From: an uncultured Rhizobium sp.
GTDB taxonomy: Bacteria > Pseudomonadota > Alphaproteobacteria > Rickettsiales > UBA1997
Assembly: GCA_964447395.1 (NCBI GenBank)
Contig: CAYUSO010000005.1
Span: 30,376-94,375 of the forward strand
Direction of reading: 5' to 3'
Length of the DNA: 64,000 nucleotides
This document shows positions 37,049-46,496 of this stretch, in pieces. A program made the translations under genes and the position numbers. Every line of letters starts with the position of its first letter. Within the stretch, counting starts at the first letter, position 1. Under the pieces are notes generated by a model. That model was not told where the DNA came from. It was given only the letters and a program-made list of their open reading frames with translations, and searched no databases.

Positions 37049-38005
37049 ATGCACGAAATTCCCGTAAATTTAGAACAAGAAATTCTCCGCCTAAAACGCG
37101 AAAAAAACGCCGTAATTCTGGCGCATTTTTATCAGGATTCTGAAATCCAGGACATCGCAGATTTTATCGGCGATTCCCTAGATCTCTCGCGCAAAGCTGC
37201 CGAAACCAATGCCGATGAAATCGTTTTTTGTGGCGTGAAATTCATGGCCGAAGTGGCAAAAATTTTATCGCCAACCAAAAAAGTTTTGATTCCAGATTTA
37301 GAAGCCGGTTGTTCGCTCGAAGATTCTTGTCAGCCCGAAGAATTTGCCGAATTCAAGAAAAAATATCCTAACGCCATCGTTGTCACCTACATCAATTGCT
37401 CCGCTGAAATCAAGGCTCTGTCCGACATAATCGTCACTTCTTCCAACGCTAAAAAAATCATCGCACAAATTCCTGCCAATCGTGAAATTATTTTCGCGCC
37501 TGACCAACATCTCGGTCGCTATCTCGAAAAAATCACCGACCGCAAAATGATTTTGTGGCATGGATCTTGCATCGTTCACGAACAATTCAGCGAAAAAGAA
37601 TTGGTAAAATTAATCGCAAATTATCCGCAGGCGAAAGTCATCGCCCATCCTGAATGCCCACAAACATTGCTTTCATACGCTCATCACGTTGGTTCAACTT
37701 CATCGCTTTTAAAATTTGCGCAGGAGAATCAAGGCGGAGAATTTATCGTTTTAACTGAGCCGCACATCATTCACCAAATGCAGCAAAAAAATCCGTCAGC
37801 AAAATTTTACGATTGTCCGTCTCTAGACAAAGCTGGCTGCACCTTGTGCAACACTTGTCCGCACATGCAGCTCAATAATTTGGAAAAACTTTATTTGGTG
37901 ATGAAATATGGAAATCATTCGCGTTGCGGTGGCGAACTTGTGATGGAGGAAAGCCTGAGAATTAAAGCCGAAGCGCCTCTCAGGAAGATGCTCGAGATGT
38001 CGTAA
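37049..38005 (+). CDS. nadA: Quinolinate synthase A
   Basis: [22 protein letters not shown] and cysteine ligands. 318 aa. Confidence 0.92.
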   Translation: MHEIPVNLEQEILRLKREKNAVILAHFYQDSEIQDIADFIGDSLDLSRKAAETNADEIVFCGVKFMAEVAKILSPTKKVLIPDLEAGCSLEDSCQPEEFAEFKKKYPNAIVVTYINCSAEIKALSDIIVTSSNAKKIIAQIPANREIIFAPDQHLGRYLEKITDRKMILWHGSCIVHEQFSEKELVKLIANYPQAKVIAHPECPQTLLSYAHHVGSTSSLLKFAQENQGGEFIVLTEPHIIHQMQQKNPSAKFYDCPSLDKAGCTLCNTCPHMQLNNLEKLYLVMKYGNHSRCGGELVMEESLRIKAEAPLRKMLEMS

Positions 38006-39106
38006 TTACTCTTCTGCGGGTTTAAAATTTGCTAAATCTTCGCAATGTTTTTTTAGATCAGCGGCAAATTTTTCTATCTCTTCAGCAACTTCTTTCTGAC
38101 AGGAGAAAATGTATTTCTGACGCAGCCTAGTTAACTCAAATTTGCTGTATAACCCGGCCTTAGAATTGATTTTTCTGATTTTTTCCTGACGTTCTTTTTC
38201 TTCCTCTTCTTCGGTTTTTTTAGGTTGCGAGGCGAAGAGTGCGCCATCAATTCCAATCGAAGCAAAATTTTGCTTGTTGTAGAAGGCGGAATCTCTGTTG
38301 GCTTTTTCAATTTCTTGTTGCGTGCGATATTCGTCTTTTAGCATTTCATTGTTGAAGCGCACGTAGGATTCTTTCTGACAGGAAATTTTTTCCTCCCCAT
38401 CTTTTTGAAATTTTTTTCTTTCGATTTGTGTGAAGCATTGACGCGACTCATCTTGTGCCGCAATGCATTTCTGAAAATTTTCGCTGTAAAGGTTATACTT
38501 CACGCAAGTTGGGTATTTTTTATTCATCTCATTGAAGCGCTGAATAGCGAGATTAATGCGTTGGTCGATAACAAAACCAAGATTATAAGAATAATTTTGA
38601 TGTGTGAGATAATCAGTGTTGCCGTAGGCCGGAACGAGTTGCTGATCTTCAATCAATGCTTTGCGACATGAAAAATAATCGTCAATTTTTGCTTGATCTT
38701 CGGTTTCAATTACAAAGCCCATTCTTAGGCATTGTTGGTGATGACGATTATCCATTTTTTTATTCTCGCGCGACAAAATTGTTTCAGAGCTATCGGCGAG
38801 TTTTAGCGAAATTTTTGTGATTAAATCATTGATTTCGATGTTGGAATTAATCTGCTGCGGCGTGACTGGATCAACACTCAGGCGATATTTAGCAAAGGAA
38901 AGACGGCAACGCCAGTAAAGCTCGCTATGCAAATTATCAGCTTTGTCGAAGTTCAATCGGAGTGCCACGCAGCTTTGGTGATCTTGCTTTTCTAGAAGTT
39001 GAATATGCGGAATATGAGAGAGAACGTAGGGATCTTTTGGTTTCGTACAGGCAAAGGTCAGGAAAAAAATCGCAATGAGAATTTTCTTGGCAGATTTTTT
39101 TTGCAT
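38006..39106 (-). CDS. Hypothetical Cys-rich lipoprotein
   Basis: Start revised to MQKKSAKKILIAIFFLTFACTK (lipobox). It has at least 12 cysteines and a charged C-terminal region (KKTEEEEEKERQEK). No family recognised. Confidence 0.45.
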   Translation of the reverse strand: MQKKSAKKILIAIFFLTFACTKPKDPYVLSHIPHIQLLEKQDHQSCVALRLNFDKADNLHSELYWRCRLSFAKYRLSVDPVTPQQINSNIEINDLITKISLKLADSSETILSRENKKMDNRHHQQCLRMGFVIETEDQAKIDDYFSCRKALIEDQQLVPAYGNTDYLTHQNYSYNLGFVIDQRINLAIQRFNEMNKKYPTCVKYNLYSENFQKCIAAQDESRQCFTQIERKKFQKDGEEKISCQKESYVRFNNEMLKDEYRTQQEIEKANRDSAFYNKQNFASIGIDGALFASQPKKTEEEEEKERQEKIRKINSKAGLYSKFELTRLRQKYIFSCQKEVAEEIEKFAADLKKHCEDLANFKPAEE

Positions 39107-39168
39107 GAAAAATTTTTGTGAGGAAATAGAAAGCGCAAAACTTTGTAGAACCCAACTCATTTTTCAAC

Positions 39169-39735
39169 ATGCATCTTCTGATTGGTCTAGGAAATATCGG
39201 CCGCGAATATGAATTAACGCGGCATAATTTTGGATTTTTATTACTCGATCAAATCGTTGCAGATCATGCTTTACAAGCGCAGGGGAAAAAATTTAAGAGC
39301 GAAATTTTTGTTGGAAATATTGATGGAAAAAAAATCGTCGCGCTAAAACCACAAACTTTTATGAATCTCTCCGGCCAAGCGGCTGTTGAAGCAGCAAGTT
39401 TTTTTAAAATTCCTGTAAAAAATATTTTAGTTTTTCACGATGATGTCGATTTGGCTTTGGGAAAAGTAAAAACAAAAATCGGCGGCGGAAATGCTGGGCA
39501 TAATGGACTCAAATCGCTTGATGAAACAGTTGGAAAAGATTACGTGCGAATCCGTTTGGGAGTAGGGCGCCCGGAAAATAAAGAATTTGAAACAGCAGAT
39601 TATGTTTTGGGAAAATTCAACAAAGATGAGTTGGTACAAGTTCAAAAAATTAACAAAAAAATTTCGGGATTAATCGGAGAAGTTGTGGCGGGAAATTTAG
39701 AAAATTTTTCAAATCGGTTTTATTTATCTCGCTAG
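39169..39735 (+). CDS. pth: Peptidyl-tRNA hydrolase
   Basis: LIGLGNIGREYELTRHNFGF, GGNAGHNGLKS and VGRP. Confidence 0.93.
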   Translation: MHLLIGLGNIGREYELTRHNFGFLLLDQIVADHALQAQGKKFKSEIFVGNIDGKKIVALKPQTFMNLSGQAAVEAASFFKIPVKNILVFHDDVDLALGKVKTKIGGGNAGHNGLKSLDETVGKDYVRIRLGVGRPENKEFETADYVLGKFNKDELVQVQKINKKISGLIGEVVAGNLENFSNRFYLSR

Positions 39736-39738
39736 AGA

Positions 39739-41553
39739 TTAGTGCTGCACGTGCACTCTCTTCGAGGCGCTGACCCCAAGATCATTCATATCTGTCAATT
39801 TCTTAGCTTCTTTATTTCCTCTAAGAATGGTTGAGTGAATTCCGCTTTTATCTCCACTGTCAGGAGGATTTACTCCCATAACTTCGTCGGTTCCTTTGAC
39901 TTTGTATCCGTAATCTCTATCGGCCATAGCTATGAATGACGCAAGTGCACCTTTATGTTCTTCGCTGTAATGTATGGCTCCCTGATGCAAAGCGCTGAAT
40001 TCCTGAATTCCAAATAGAAGAATGGCAACTTGTGGATGAAGAGGATTTCTGTCATTGGTTGCAGCTTTCTTTTCGAAGATGTTCGCATATCTTTCATTGT
40101 AGCTCTTCATTTTTTCCAGCAACTGATCGGCTTCCTCATCGCGGTTATTGCAAACCTTATCAAAAAGCATGTGAACATCGCGGTTAAAATCTTGTATGAG
40201 ATCAATTTCCTCTGCAGTGACGGTTGATCCTCCTTTGCTCACGGATTTTCTAAGTTCATCAAAATCAGTTTTTGAAACTAGGTTGCATCTCTCAAGAATA
40301 ATGGGCAGATGATATTTCATCAATTCTTTGCGCACCATAGCTTCGTTGCCAAGATTGTTAGTCCATTCGTCGGTGATGAGTACACGAACTCTATGTTCAC
40401 CAATCTCGTTAAGCTTAGATAACACTTCTGGCAAAGGCATATGATGTGCAGCAAAAGAGGAGTAAAATCCGTGAATTTTTTTTCCATCCAGATCGTCTTT
40501 CAGCGAAATATTCTGCATGCATTTTTGAATAACTCTGATGTTGCTAATGCCACGCTCCTTAATTGCTTGCCTTAGAATTTGACAAGAAGGCTCATCAGGC
40601 TCGACCGCAATAAAATCACAATCTGGAAACATTTCAGCGGTAGGCACCAAGATAGTTCCTGTACAAGGACCAGCGTCGATAATAACTGGTCTAACACTTT
40701 TGCTTTTTGCGGCGGTTTTTCTGACTGAGCTAATAAATTTATCGAGATTTAATGCCATTTGTGCTCCGTAAGCAGGATGCAAATGTTCTACCGAATTATA
40801 TCCCGGAACTGAAATAACCGAGCTGAAGGTTGGAGTTTTGCCCGAAGTTTCTTGCGGCTTTCCCATCGGCACTCCGGCATTCAACGCATATTCCCAAAAA
40901 TCACGCATTGGCTCCACTGGTGCAACTAATTCACCTTGTTGCATCAAAATATCTGCTGACAAAAGAGCCTGATAATACTGCTCTCCCACGTCGCCTTTTT
41001 TAGCCATAATGCGCAACATCTTAAAAGTGTTATCAATATTTTCTTGATTCACACCGCGTTCATTAAGCGCTTCTTTATTGTCCATCATGTATTTTTTTAC
41101 ATCGCGCCCCAGCGCCTGGAAATAAAAGTCTTTTAAACTATCAAAAGTTTTCTCTTCTAAGAAAGTTTTTACCGAATCAGCAAATGCATCTAATGTCTGC
41201 GGAACTGTTGTGGTGCGGTGTAAGTGATAACTCATGAGTATGATGTTATCGCCATCATTCTCGGGATCAATAAACAAGCCTCTGCCACGGCGACAGTCAG
41301 TTTGCGGATGTAATTCTTGCAATAATTCCTGAAGTTTTTTTTGAGCTGTAATTTTTTCTTGAGGCTCGGAATAGGAAGATAGATCAAATCTGATTACTGA
41401 ATTTCGAAGTGCTCCAGTATCAAGTTCGGTAGTGATGTGCGACATTGCTCTAGATAAGGTCGCTAACTCTTTTTGATCTCTATTTAGTAGCTCTCTTAAT
41501 TTTATGACTGGTGTGCTAAATGATGTTGATCTCCTTTGCGTGTCCAGTGGCAT
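39739..41553 (-). CDS. Hypothetical 604-aa protein with central class I SAM-dependent methyltransferase-like core
   Basis: Motif I-like VIIDAGPCTGT, post-I FIAVEPD, and a motif II/III-like region GFYSSFAAHHMP...VRVLITDEW. The N-terminal (about 280 aa) and C-terminal (about 200 aa) regions are unrecognised. No signal peptide. Confidence 0.55.
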   Translation of the reverse strand: MPLDTQRRSTSFSTPVIKLRELLNRDQKELATLSRAMSHITTELDTGALRNSVIRFDLSSYSEPQEKITAQKKLQELLQELHPQTDCRRGRGLFIDPENDGDNIILMSYHLHRTTTVPQTLDAFADSVKTFLEEKTFDSLKDFYFQALGRDVKKYMMDNKEALNERGVNQENIDNTFKMLRIMAKKGDVGEQYYQALLSADILMQQGELVAPVEPMRDFWEYALNAGVPMGKPQETSGKTPTFSSVISVPGYNSVEHLHPAYGAQMALNLDKFISSVRKTAAKSKSVRPVIIDAGPCTGTILVPTAEMFPDCDFIAVEPDEPSCQILRQAIKERGISNIRVIQKCMQNISLKDDLDGKKIHGFYSSFAAHHMPLPEVLSKLNEIGEHRVRVLITDEWTNNLGNEAMVRKELMKYHLPIILERCNLVSKTDFDELRKSVSKGGSTVTAEEIDLIQDFNRDVHMLFDKVCNNRDEEADQLLEKMKSYNERYANIFEKKAATNDRNPLHPQVAILLFGIQEFSALHQGAIHYSEEHKGALASFIAMADRDYGYKVKGTDEVMGVNPPDSGDKSGIHSTILRGNKEAKKLTDMNDLGVSASKRVHVQH

Positions 41554-41645
41554 AAATTGCTAAAAAATATTTTTACTTAATTCTACACGGCTCGCAGAAT
41601 TAATCCTTCAAATCCTGAAAAGATTTCATCAACGAGCCGTAAAAA

Positions 41646-42011
41646 TTAACTTTCCTGCAAGAATTTTTTATATCCCGCTTCATCCATTGCATCAGCTAAG
41701 TCGTCAGGATTGCTCATTTTAACTTTTGCAATCCAACCATCTTTGTAGGAAGAATTATTCACTAACTCAGGCTGAGAAGTTAAGGCATCATTGGCTGCAA
41801 CGACTTCGCCAGCAACTGGAATGTAAACGTCACTCGCTGATTTTGAAGATTCAACCACGGCGAAAGCGTCATGCTTTTTGTAAGTATTTCCAACTTTCGG
41901 AAGTTCGACATAAACCAACTCGCCCAAGGCTTCAGCGGCATATTCAGTGATTCCGATTGTTGCGACATCACCTTCGATTTTTACCCATTCGTGATCTTTT
42001 GTGAATTTCAT
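41646..42011 (-). CDS. gcvH: Glycine cleavage system H protein
   Basis: Start revised to MKFTKDHEWV. Lipoyl-lysine region AVVESSKSASDVYIPV. Confidence 0.9.
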   Translation of the reverse strand: MKFTKDHEWVKIEGDVATIGITEYAAEALGELVYVELPKVGNTYKKHDAFAVVESSKSASDVYIPVAGEVVAANDALTSQPELVNNSSYKDGWIAKVKMSNPDDLADAMDEAGYKKFLQES

Positions 42012-42077
42012 TTGCACTCCGTTTTTTAAAGTTAGGTCCTCGAGCAAAGCGCCTAGGCGCGTCGTCGGAGGGGTTAA

Positions 42078-43178
42078 TTATTTTTTCACTGACTTAGTTT
42101 TAGCCGCGACAAAAACTGCCGAAGCTAAAATTGCAGGAATTTCGCGATCGCGAACAACCGCTGAAACTTGGTCTCCAACCTTTGCCACTGCTGGATCGAA
42201 ATAGCCTTGGCCGATTGAAACTTTTAGATTTGGTGAAAATCCGCCGCTCGAAAGCACACCGATTTTTTTTCCGTCTTTTCTGATTTCAGTGCCTTCGCGC
42301 GCGATGCCGCGATCAAGCAGCTTCACGCCGATTCTTTTGCGTTTCACGCCTTCAGCTTTTTCTTTCAAAACGCGATTTGCGCCGATGAAGCTCGTGTTGC
42401 TTTTACTTACAACCCAACCAAGCCCAGCTTCGATTGGCGAAGTTGTGTCATCCAAATCATGACCATAAAGCGGATAGCCCATTTCGAGGCGGAGAGAGTC
42501 GCGAGCACCGAGCCCGATTGGTTTTACCTCACTTTGTGCTGATAAATCTAACCAGAATTTTGCCACGGCAGAATTTTTGATTGAAACTTCGAAACCATCT
42601 TCGCCAGTGTATCCAGTGCGACCGATGAAGACTTCTTCACCACTTTTGAGTTGGTAGGTTCCGAGATTCATGTAAGGCAATTCTGCCAAATTTCCTGCAG
42701 CTAAAAAGCGATTTAAAACTTCTTCCGCCTTTTCGCCTTGCACCGCGATTAGCGAGCGATCAGAGAGTTCGGTAAAAGAAATTCCGGCTGGTAAATTTTT
42801 GCGAATCCAAGCCGCATCTTTTTCTTTGCAGCCAGCGTTGAGCACGATGAAAAATTTTGTGTCGCTGATTTTTGTGATGATGAGATCGTCGATAATTCCG
42901 CCTTCGGGATTGGTTAGAACTGTGTATTTAGCGAGCGCAGGAGTGCTTAAAGAAAAATCAGTTGGCGTGATGTGCGACAAAAATTTTACCACTTCTGCGC
43001 CTTCAGCGATAAATTGCCCCATGTGCGAAACGTCGAAAATTCCGACATTGCCGGAGCGCGTCCATTCATGTTCTTTCAACATTCCATCTGGATATTGAAC
43101 TGGCATATCATAGCCGGCAAATTCAACCATTTTTGCGCCTTGAGCGCGATGTGTTTCGTTTAAAGCTGTTTTTTTCAT
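42078..43178 (-). CDS. gcvT: Glycine cleavage system aminomethyltransferase T
   Basis: FAGYDMPVQY, FDVSHMG, RTGYTGEDGFE and ARDSLRLEMGYPLYGHD. Confidence 0.93.
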   Translation of the reverse strand: MKKTALNETHRAQGAKMVEFAGYDMPVQYPDGMLKEHEWTRSGNVGIFDVSHMGQFIAEGAEVVKFLSHITPTDFSLSTPALAKYTVLTNPEGGIIDDLIITKISDTKFFIVLNAGCKEKDAAWIRKNLPAGISFTELSDRSLIAVQGEKAEEVLNRFLAAGNLAELPYMNLGTYQLKSGEEVFIGRTGYTGEDGFEVSIKNSAVAKFWLDLSAQSEVKPIGLGARDSLRLEMGYPLYGHDLDDTTSPIEAGLGWVVSKSNTSFIGANRVLKEKAEGVKRKRIGVKLLDRGIAREGTEIRKDGKKIGVLSSGGFSPNLKVSIGQGYFDPAVAKVGDQVSAVVRDREIPAILASAVFVAAKTKSVKK

Positions 43179-43193
43179 TTTAGATTTTGAGAT

Positions 43194-43538
43194 TTATTTT
43201 ACCGGCGGAACTGTTGGAGCTGAAGGCGCGGCAGGAGTTTCAGTTTTTTCTTGCTCTTCAATAACTTTTTCCAAATCGCTTTGAATCTTTTTGCTCGCGA
43301 CGTTGGAAAGGGAAGCAAGAATTAGGCAATTAAGCATGAATATTCCGATCAAAATCATGGTGGTTTTGCTCAAAACATTTGCCGTTGCCTTGCCAGACAT
43401 GACGGAGTTAAGACCTCCAGAACCACCGCCAATGCCGCTTAAAGAATCTCCATCGGACTTTTGCAAAAGTACGAGAATTATCAACACAACGGCGATAATG
43501 ACCTGCAAAATCAGGAGAAAAAGTTGGAAATTTTCCAT
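43194..43538 (-). CDS. secG: Preprotein translocase subunit SecG
   Basis: Start revised to MENFQLFLLILQVIIAVVLIILVLLQKSDGD...GGGSGG, the typical SecG N-terminus. About 114 aa. Confidence 0.8.
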   Translation of the reverse strand: MENFQLFLLILQVIIAVVLIILVLLQKSDGDSLSGIGGGSGGLNSVMSGKATANVLSKTTMILIGIFMLNCLILASLSNVASKKIQSDLEKVIEEQEKTETPAAPSAPTVPPVK

Positions 43539-43647
43539 TTTTTTTAAATTAAATTTGATTTGAATATAGGCTTCGTGACAGGCGCCAAACAGTCTTCTAA
43601 AAGGGAGGGCGCAACATAAAAACCATTTTTTATCTGACAAGTTCTTA

Positions 43648-44904
43648 ATGAAAAAAATCTCAAAACTAGCTTCGCAAAAGACTCCAAGGCAATTTCAAGA
43701 TGGCAAAGTTTACGATTTTGGTTTGTCACTTAGCTATCCAAAACTTGTTTTGGGATCTGGCATTACGCTAGAGACGACTAAGCTCATCTCCGATTTAGGT
43801 TTTGCATTTGAAGAGATTATTTTTATCTCCGACGAAAAAATTTGGCGCAATTGTGAAAAATTATTTCCGGAAAATTTTACCCAAAAAGTCGGAAAATTTT
43901 TATTGTTAAAAAATCCGCAAGCTGACGAAAAAAATCTCAAAAAAATTTCCGCGGCGCTAAAAAATTATAAATTAATAATTGGCCTTGGAAGCGGTGTTAT
44001 CAACGATTTATGCAAATTCACTTCGGCGCAAAAAAATATTCCTTACGCGATTTTTGCTTCCGCTGCGTCGATGAATGGTTATCTCTCAAAAAATGCTTCG
44101 ATCACGATTTTGGGACATAAAAAAACTCTGAGCGCAACTCTTCCGCTGCGAGTTTTTTGTGATCTAAAAATTTTATCACAAGCGCCTCTCGAGCTTACAA
44201 AAGCAGGGATTGGGGACAGTTTATGCTTTTACTCCTGTTGGTTCGATTGGTATCTTTCGCACAAAATTCTCGGCACAAAATTCAACAAAAAACCTTTCGA
44301 AATTTTGGCGCCGAAAATGGAATTTTTTGTGAAAAATTATAAAAAATTTTCTCCAAAAGATGAAAAATTTTTACATATTTTGATCGAAATTCTAATGCTA
44401 TCCGGACTAGGAATGACAATGTCTGGCGGCTCTTATCCAGCTAGTCAATCTGAGCATATGATTGCTCATACAATCGAAATGAAATATCCAAAAAAAGCCG
44501 AAAAAATTCTGCATGGACAGATGATTGCGGTGACAAGCTTAACCTCATCTAAGATTCAAAAATTATTTCTCGCTAATCACGCCAATATTGAGGAATCGTC
44601 ATTTTTCCCGCGAGAAAAATTGGAAAAATTTTTCGGGAAAGAAATCTCTGCAGCTTGTAAAAAAGAGTATGAAGAAAAAATTTCTGCTTACAAAAAAGCT
44701 AAAAAAATCAGCGCAAAAACCAAAAAAGAATTACAGAAAATTTACTTCTCAGAGGAGAAATTAAGGGCAATTTTTTCGCATTTTAAGATCAAATATTCTT
44801 CAAGATCATTAGGTCTGTCAGACCAGCAATATCAAGCCTGCGTGGCTTATGCGAAATTCACCAGAAATCGCTTCACTTGCTTGGATTTATCTACTCATAA
44901 ATAA
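43648..44904 (+). CDS. Iron-containing alcohol dehydrogenase superfamily protein, glycerol-1-phosphate dehydrogenase-like
   Basis: GLGSGVINDLCKF (GGGS-type loop), AGIGDSL...WFDW, SGGSYPASQSEHMIAHTIE and C-terminal RNRFTCLDL, as I recall for the EgsA/AraM family. Confidence 0.5.
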   Translation: MKKISKLASQKTPRQFQDGKVYDFGLSLSYPKLVLGSGITLETTKLISDLGFAFEEIIFISDEKIWRNCEKLFPENFTQKVGKFLLLKNPQADEKNLKKISAALKNYKLIIGLGSGVINDLCKFTSAQKNIPYAIFASAASMNGYLSKNASITILGHKKTLSATLPLRVFCDLKILSQAPLELTKAGIGDSLCFYSCWFDWYLSHKILGTKFNKKPFEILAPKMEFFVKNYKKFSPKDEKFLHILIEILMLSGLGMTMSGGSYPASQSEHMIAHTIEMKYPKKAEKILHGQMIAVTSLTSSKIQKLFLANHANIEESSFFPREKLEKFFGKEISAACKKEYEEKISAYKKAKKISAKTKKELQKIYFSEEKLRAIFSHFKIKYSSRSLGLSDQQYQACVAYAKFTRNRFTCLDLSTHK

Positions 44905-45568
44905 CATAACCCAAATTACGCACGGTTTGCAAATAATGCGGCTGTTTTGGGTTGGTTTCGATTTTTTTTCTAAGGCGAGTGATTTGAACGTCGATACTTC
45001 TGTCGTCAATGCCACCGAATAAGGCGGAAAGCCTTTCACGACTAACTGGATTGCCTTTTTCTCGGCACAGAATGTTCAAAATTTTTGCTTCCGAATCTGT
45101 GATGTGAATGAAATTTTCGCCTTTTTTCAGACGAGATTCGACAAGGTTGAAAGAAAAATCTCCGAAGCTGCAAATATTTGGCGCTGTAGGACGAGAATCA
45201 ATTCTTCTCAAGATGTTATTGATGCGCAACAGCAGTTCTTTTGGCTCAAAAGGTTTTTGTAAATAATCATCAGCACCAGCTTCAAGACCTTTGATGCGAT
45301 CTTCAAACTCGCCGCGCGCTGTAAGCATAACAACAGGAACGCGCGAGTTTTGGCGTATTGAGGTAGTAAATTCGACACCATTTTCGTTTGGCATCATGAC
45401 GTCAACAATCAGCAAATCGAAATTATTGTTTTGCATTAATTCGCGAGCCTCGGCGGTGTCTTTAGCGAGCGAGATGTTAAATCCATTTTCTTCGAGAAAG
45501 CGCCCTAACAGGCTGCGCAGACGCGTGTCATCATCAATTACCAAAAGGCGATAAAGTTTTTTTTCCAT
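44891..45568 (-). CDS. OmpR-family response regulator
   Basis: LLVIDDDTRLRSLLGRFLEE, LIVDVMMP, LTARGE and GADDYLQKPFEPKELLLRI, with a winged-helix C-terminus (VRNLGYV). No kinase gene is adjacent. Confidence 0.85.
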   Translation of the reverse strand: MEKKLYRLLVIDDDTRLRSLLGRFLEENGFNISLAKDTAEARELMQNNNFDLLIVDVMMPNENGVEFTTSIRQNSRVPVVMLTARGEFEDRIKGLEAGADDYLQKPFEPKELLLRINNILRRIDSRPTAPNICSFGDFSFNLVESRLKKGENFIHITDSEAKILNILCREKGNPVSRERLSALFGGIDDRSIDVQITRLRKKIETNPKQPHYLQTVRNLGYVIYE

Positions 45569-45574
45569 ATGGTT

Positions 45575-46402
45575 TTAGGAATTTTTTGTGACTTCGTCCA
45601 AGCGTTTCAACTTGGTCAAAAGTTTTTCGAGACCGTCTAGGCGTACCATGCAAGGCCCATCAGATGGTGCATTATCAGGATCTTGATGAACTTCGGTGAA
45701 TAGCGCGGCAATGCCGACGGCAACCGCAGCGCTTGCTAAAGTTTCAACAAACTCGCGCTGTCCGCCGCTAGCGCCGCCCAATCCTCCCGGTTGTTGCACG
45801 GAGTGGGTCGCATCAAATACAACTGGGCAACCAGTTTTGGCCATAATTGGCAGGCTTCTCATATCTGAAACCAGAGTGTTATATCCAAAGCTTACGCCGC
45901 GTTCGGTTAGCATCACGTTTTTATTTCCAAAGTGATCCATTTTTTTTACGATATTTTCCGCATCCCAAGGCGCCAAAAATTGCCCTTTTTTGATGTTGAT
46001 GATTTTTCCACTTTTTGCTGCCGCTTCAAGCAAATCGGTCTGACGACAAAGAAAGGCGGGGATTTGCAGAATATCCACCTCGTCGTGATTTGCCAAAATT
46101 CGACAATGTTCCTCATTGTGAATATCGGTCAAAATTGGGCAGCCAAATTGTTTTTTTATTTCAGCAAAAATCGGCAAAGTTTTTTCTAATCCAGCGCCAC
46201 GTTTTCCGCCAACACTAGAGCGATTCGCTTTATCGAAAGATGATTTATAGATGAAGCTGATGCCAAGTTTATCGCAAATTCTTTTGATATTGCTTGCCAT
46301 CATGAGGCTATGATCAAGAGATTCAGTTTGGCACGGACCAGCGATTAGCACGAATGGAAGGTTGTTGGCAATCTTGATGTTTTTGATTTGAATGCTGCGC
46401 AT
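45575..46402 (-). CDS. kdsA: 2-dehydro-3-deoxyphosphooctonate aldolase (KDO-8-P synthase)
   Basis: [33 protein letters not shown] and [12 protein letters not shown]. Confidence 0.93.
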   Translation of the reverse strand: MRSIQIKNIKIANNLPFVLIAGPCQTESLDHSLMMASNIKRICDKLGISFIYKSSFDKANRSSVGGKRGAGLEKTLPIFAEIKKQFGCPILTDIHNEEHCRILANHDEVDILQIPAFLCRQTDLLEAAAKSGKIINIKKGQFLAPWDAENIVKKMDHFGNKNVMLTERGVSFGYNTLVSDMRSLPIMAKTGCPVVFDATHSVQQPGGLGGASGGQREFVETLASAAVAVGIAALFTEVHQDPDNAPSDGPCMVRLDGLEKLLTKLKRLDEVTKNS

Positions 46403-46496
46403 TTTTTGAAGATGTTGAAATTGAATTGAAACTTTTTCCCGCTCTAACTAATCCCGCCGCCTACAAATTTCAAACTAAAAAATCCTTCATAAAAAA

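Noticed and set aside
39739-41553. Calling the 604-aa methyltransferase-like gene a horizontally acquired island on compositional grounds.
   Set aside because: Spot counts of GC in single 60-nt lines vary from 30 to 45 percent across the window. I cannot compute GC3 or codon adaptation by hand, and no flanking repeats, tRNA or integrase mark an island. It is kept only as a hypothesis in the findings.
44891-45568. Orphan OmpR-type response regulator as part of a novel system with the neighbouring G1PDH-like or kdsA genes.
   Set aside because: Orphan OmpR/PetR-like regulators are common in reduced alphaproteobacterial genomes. Nothing in the sequence links it functionally to its neighbours.
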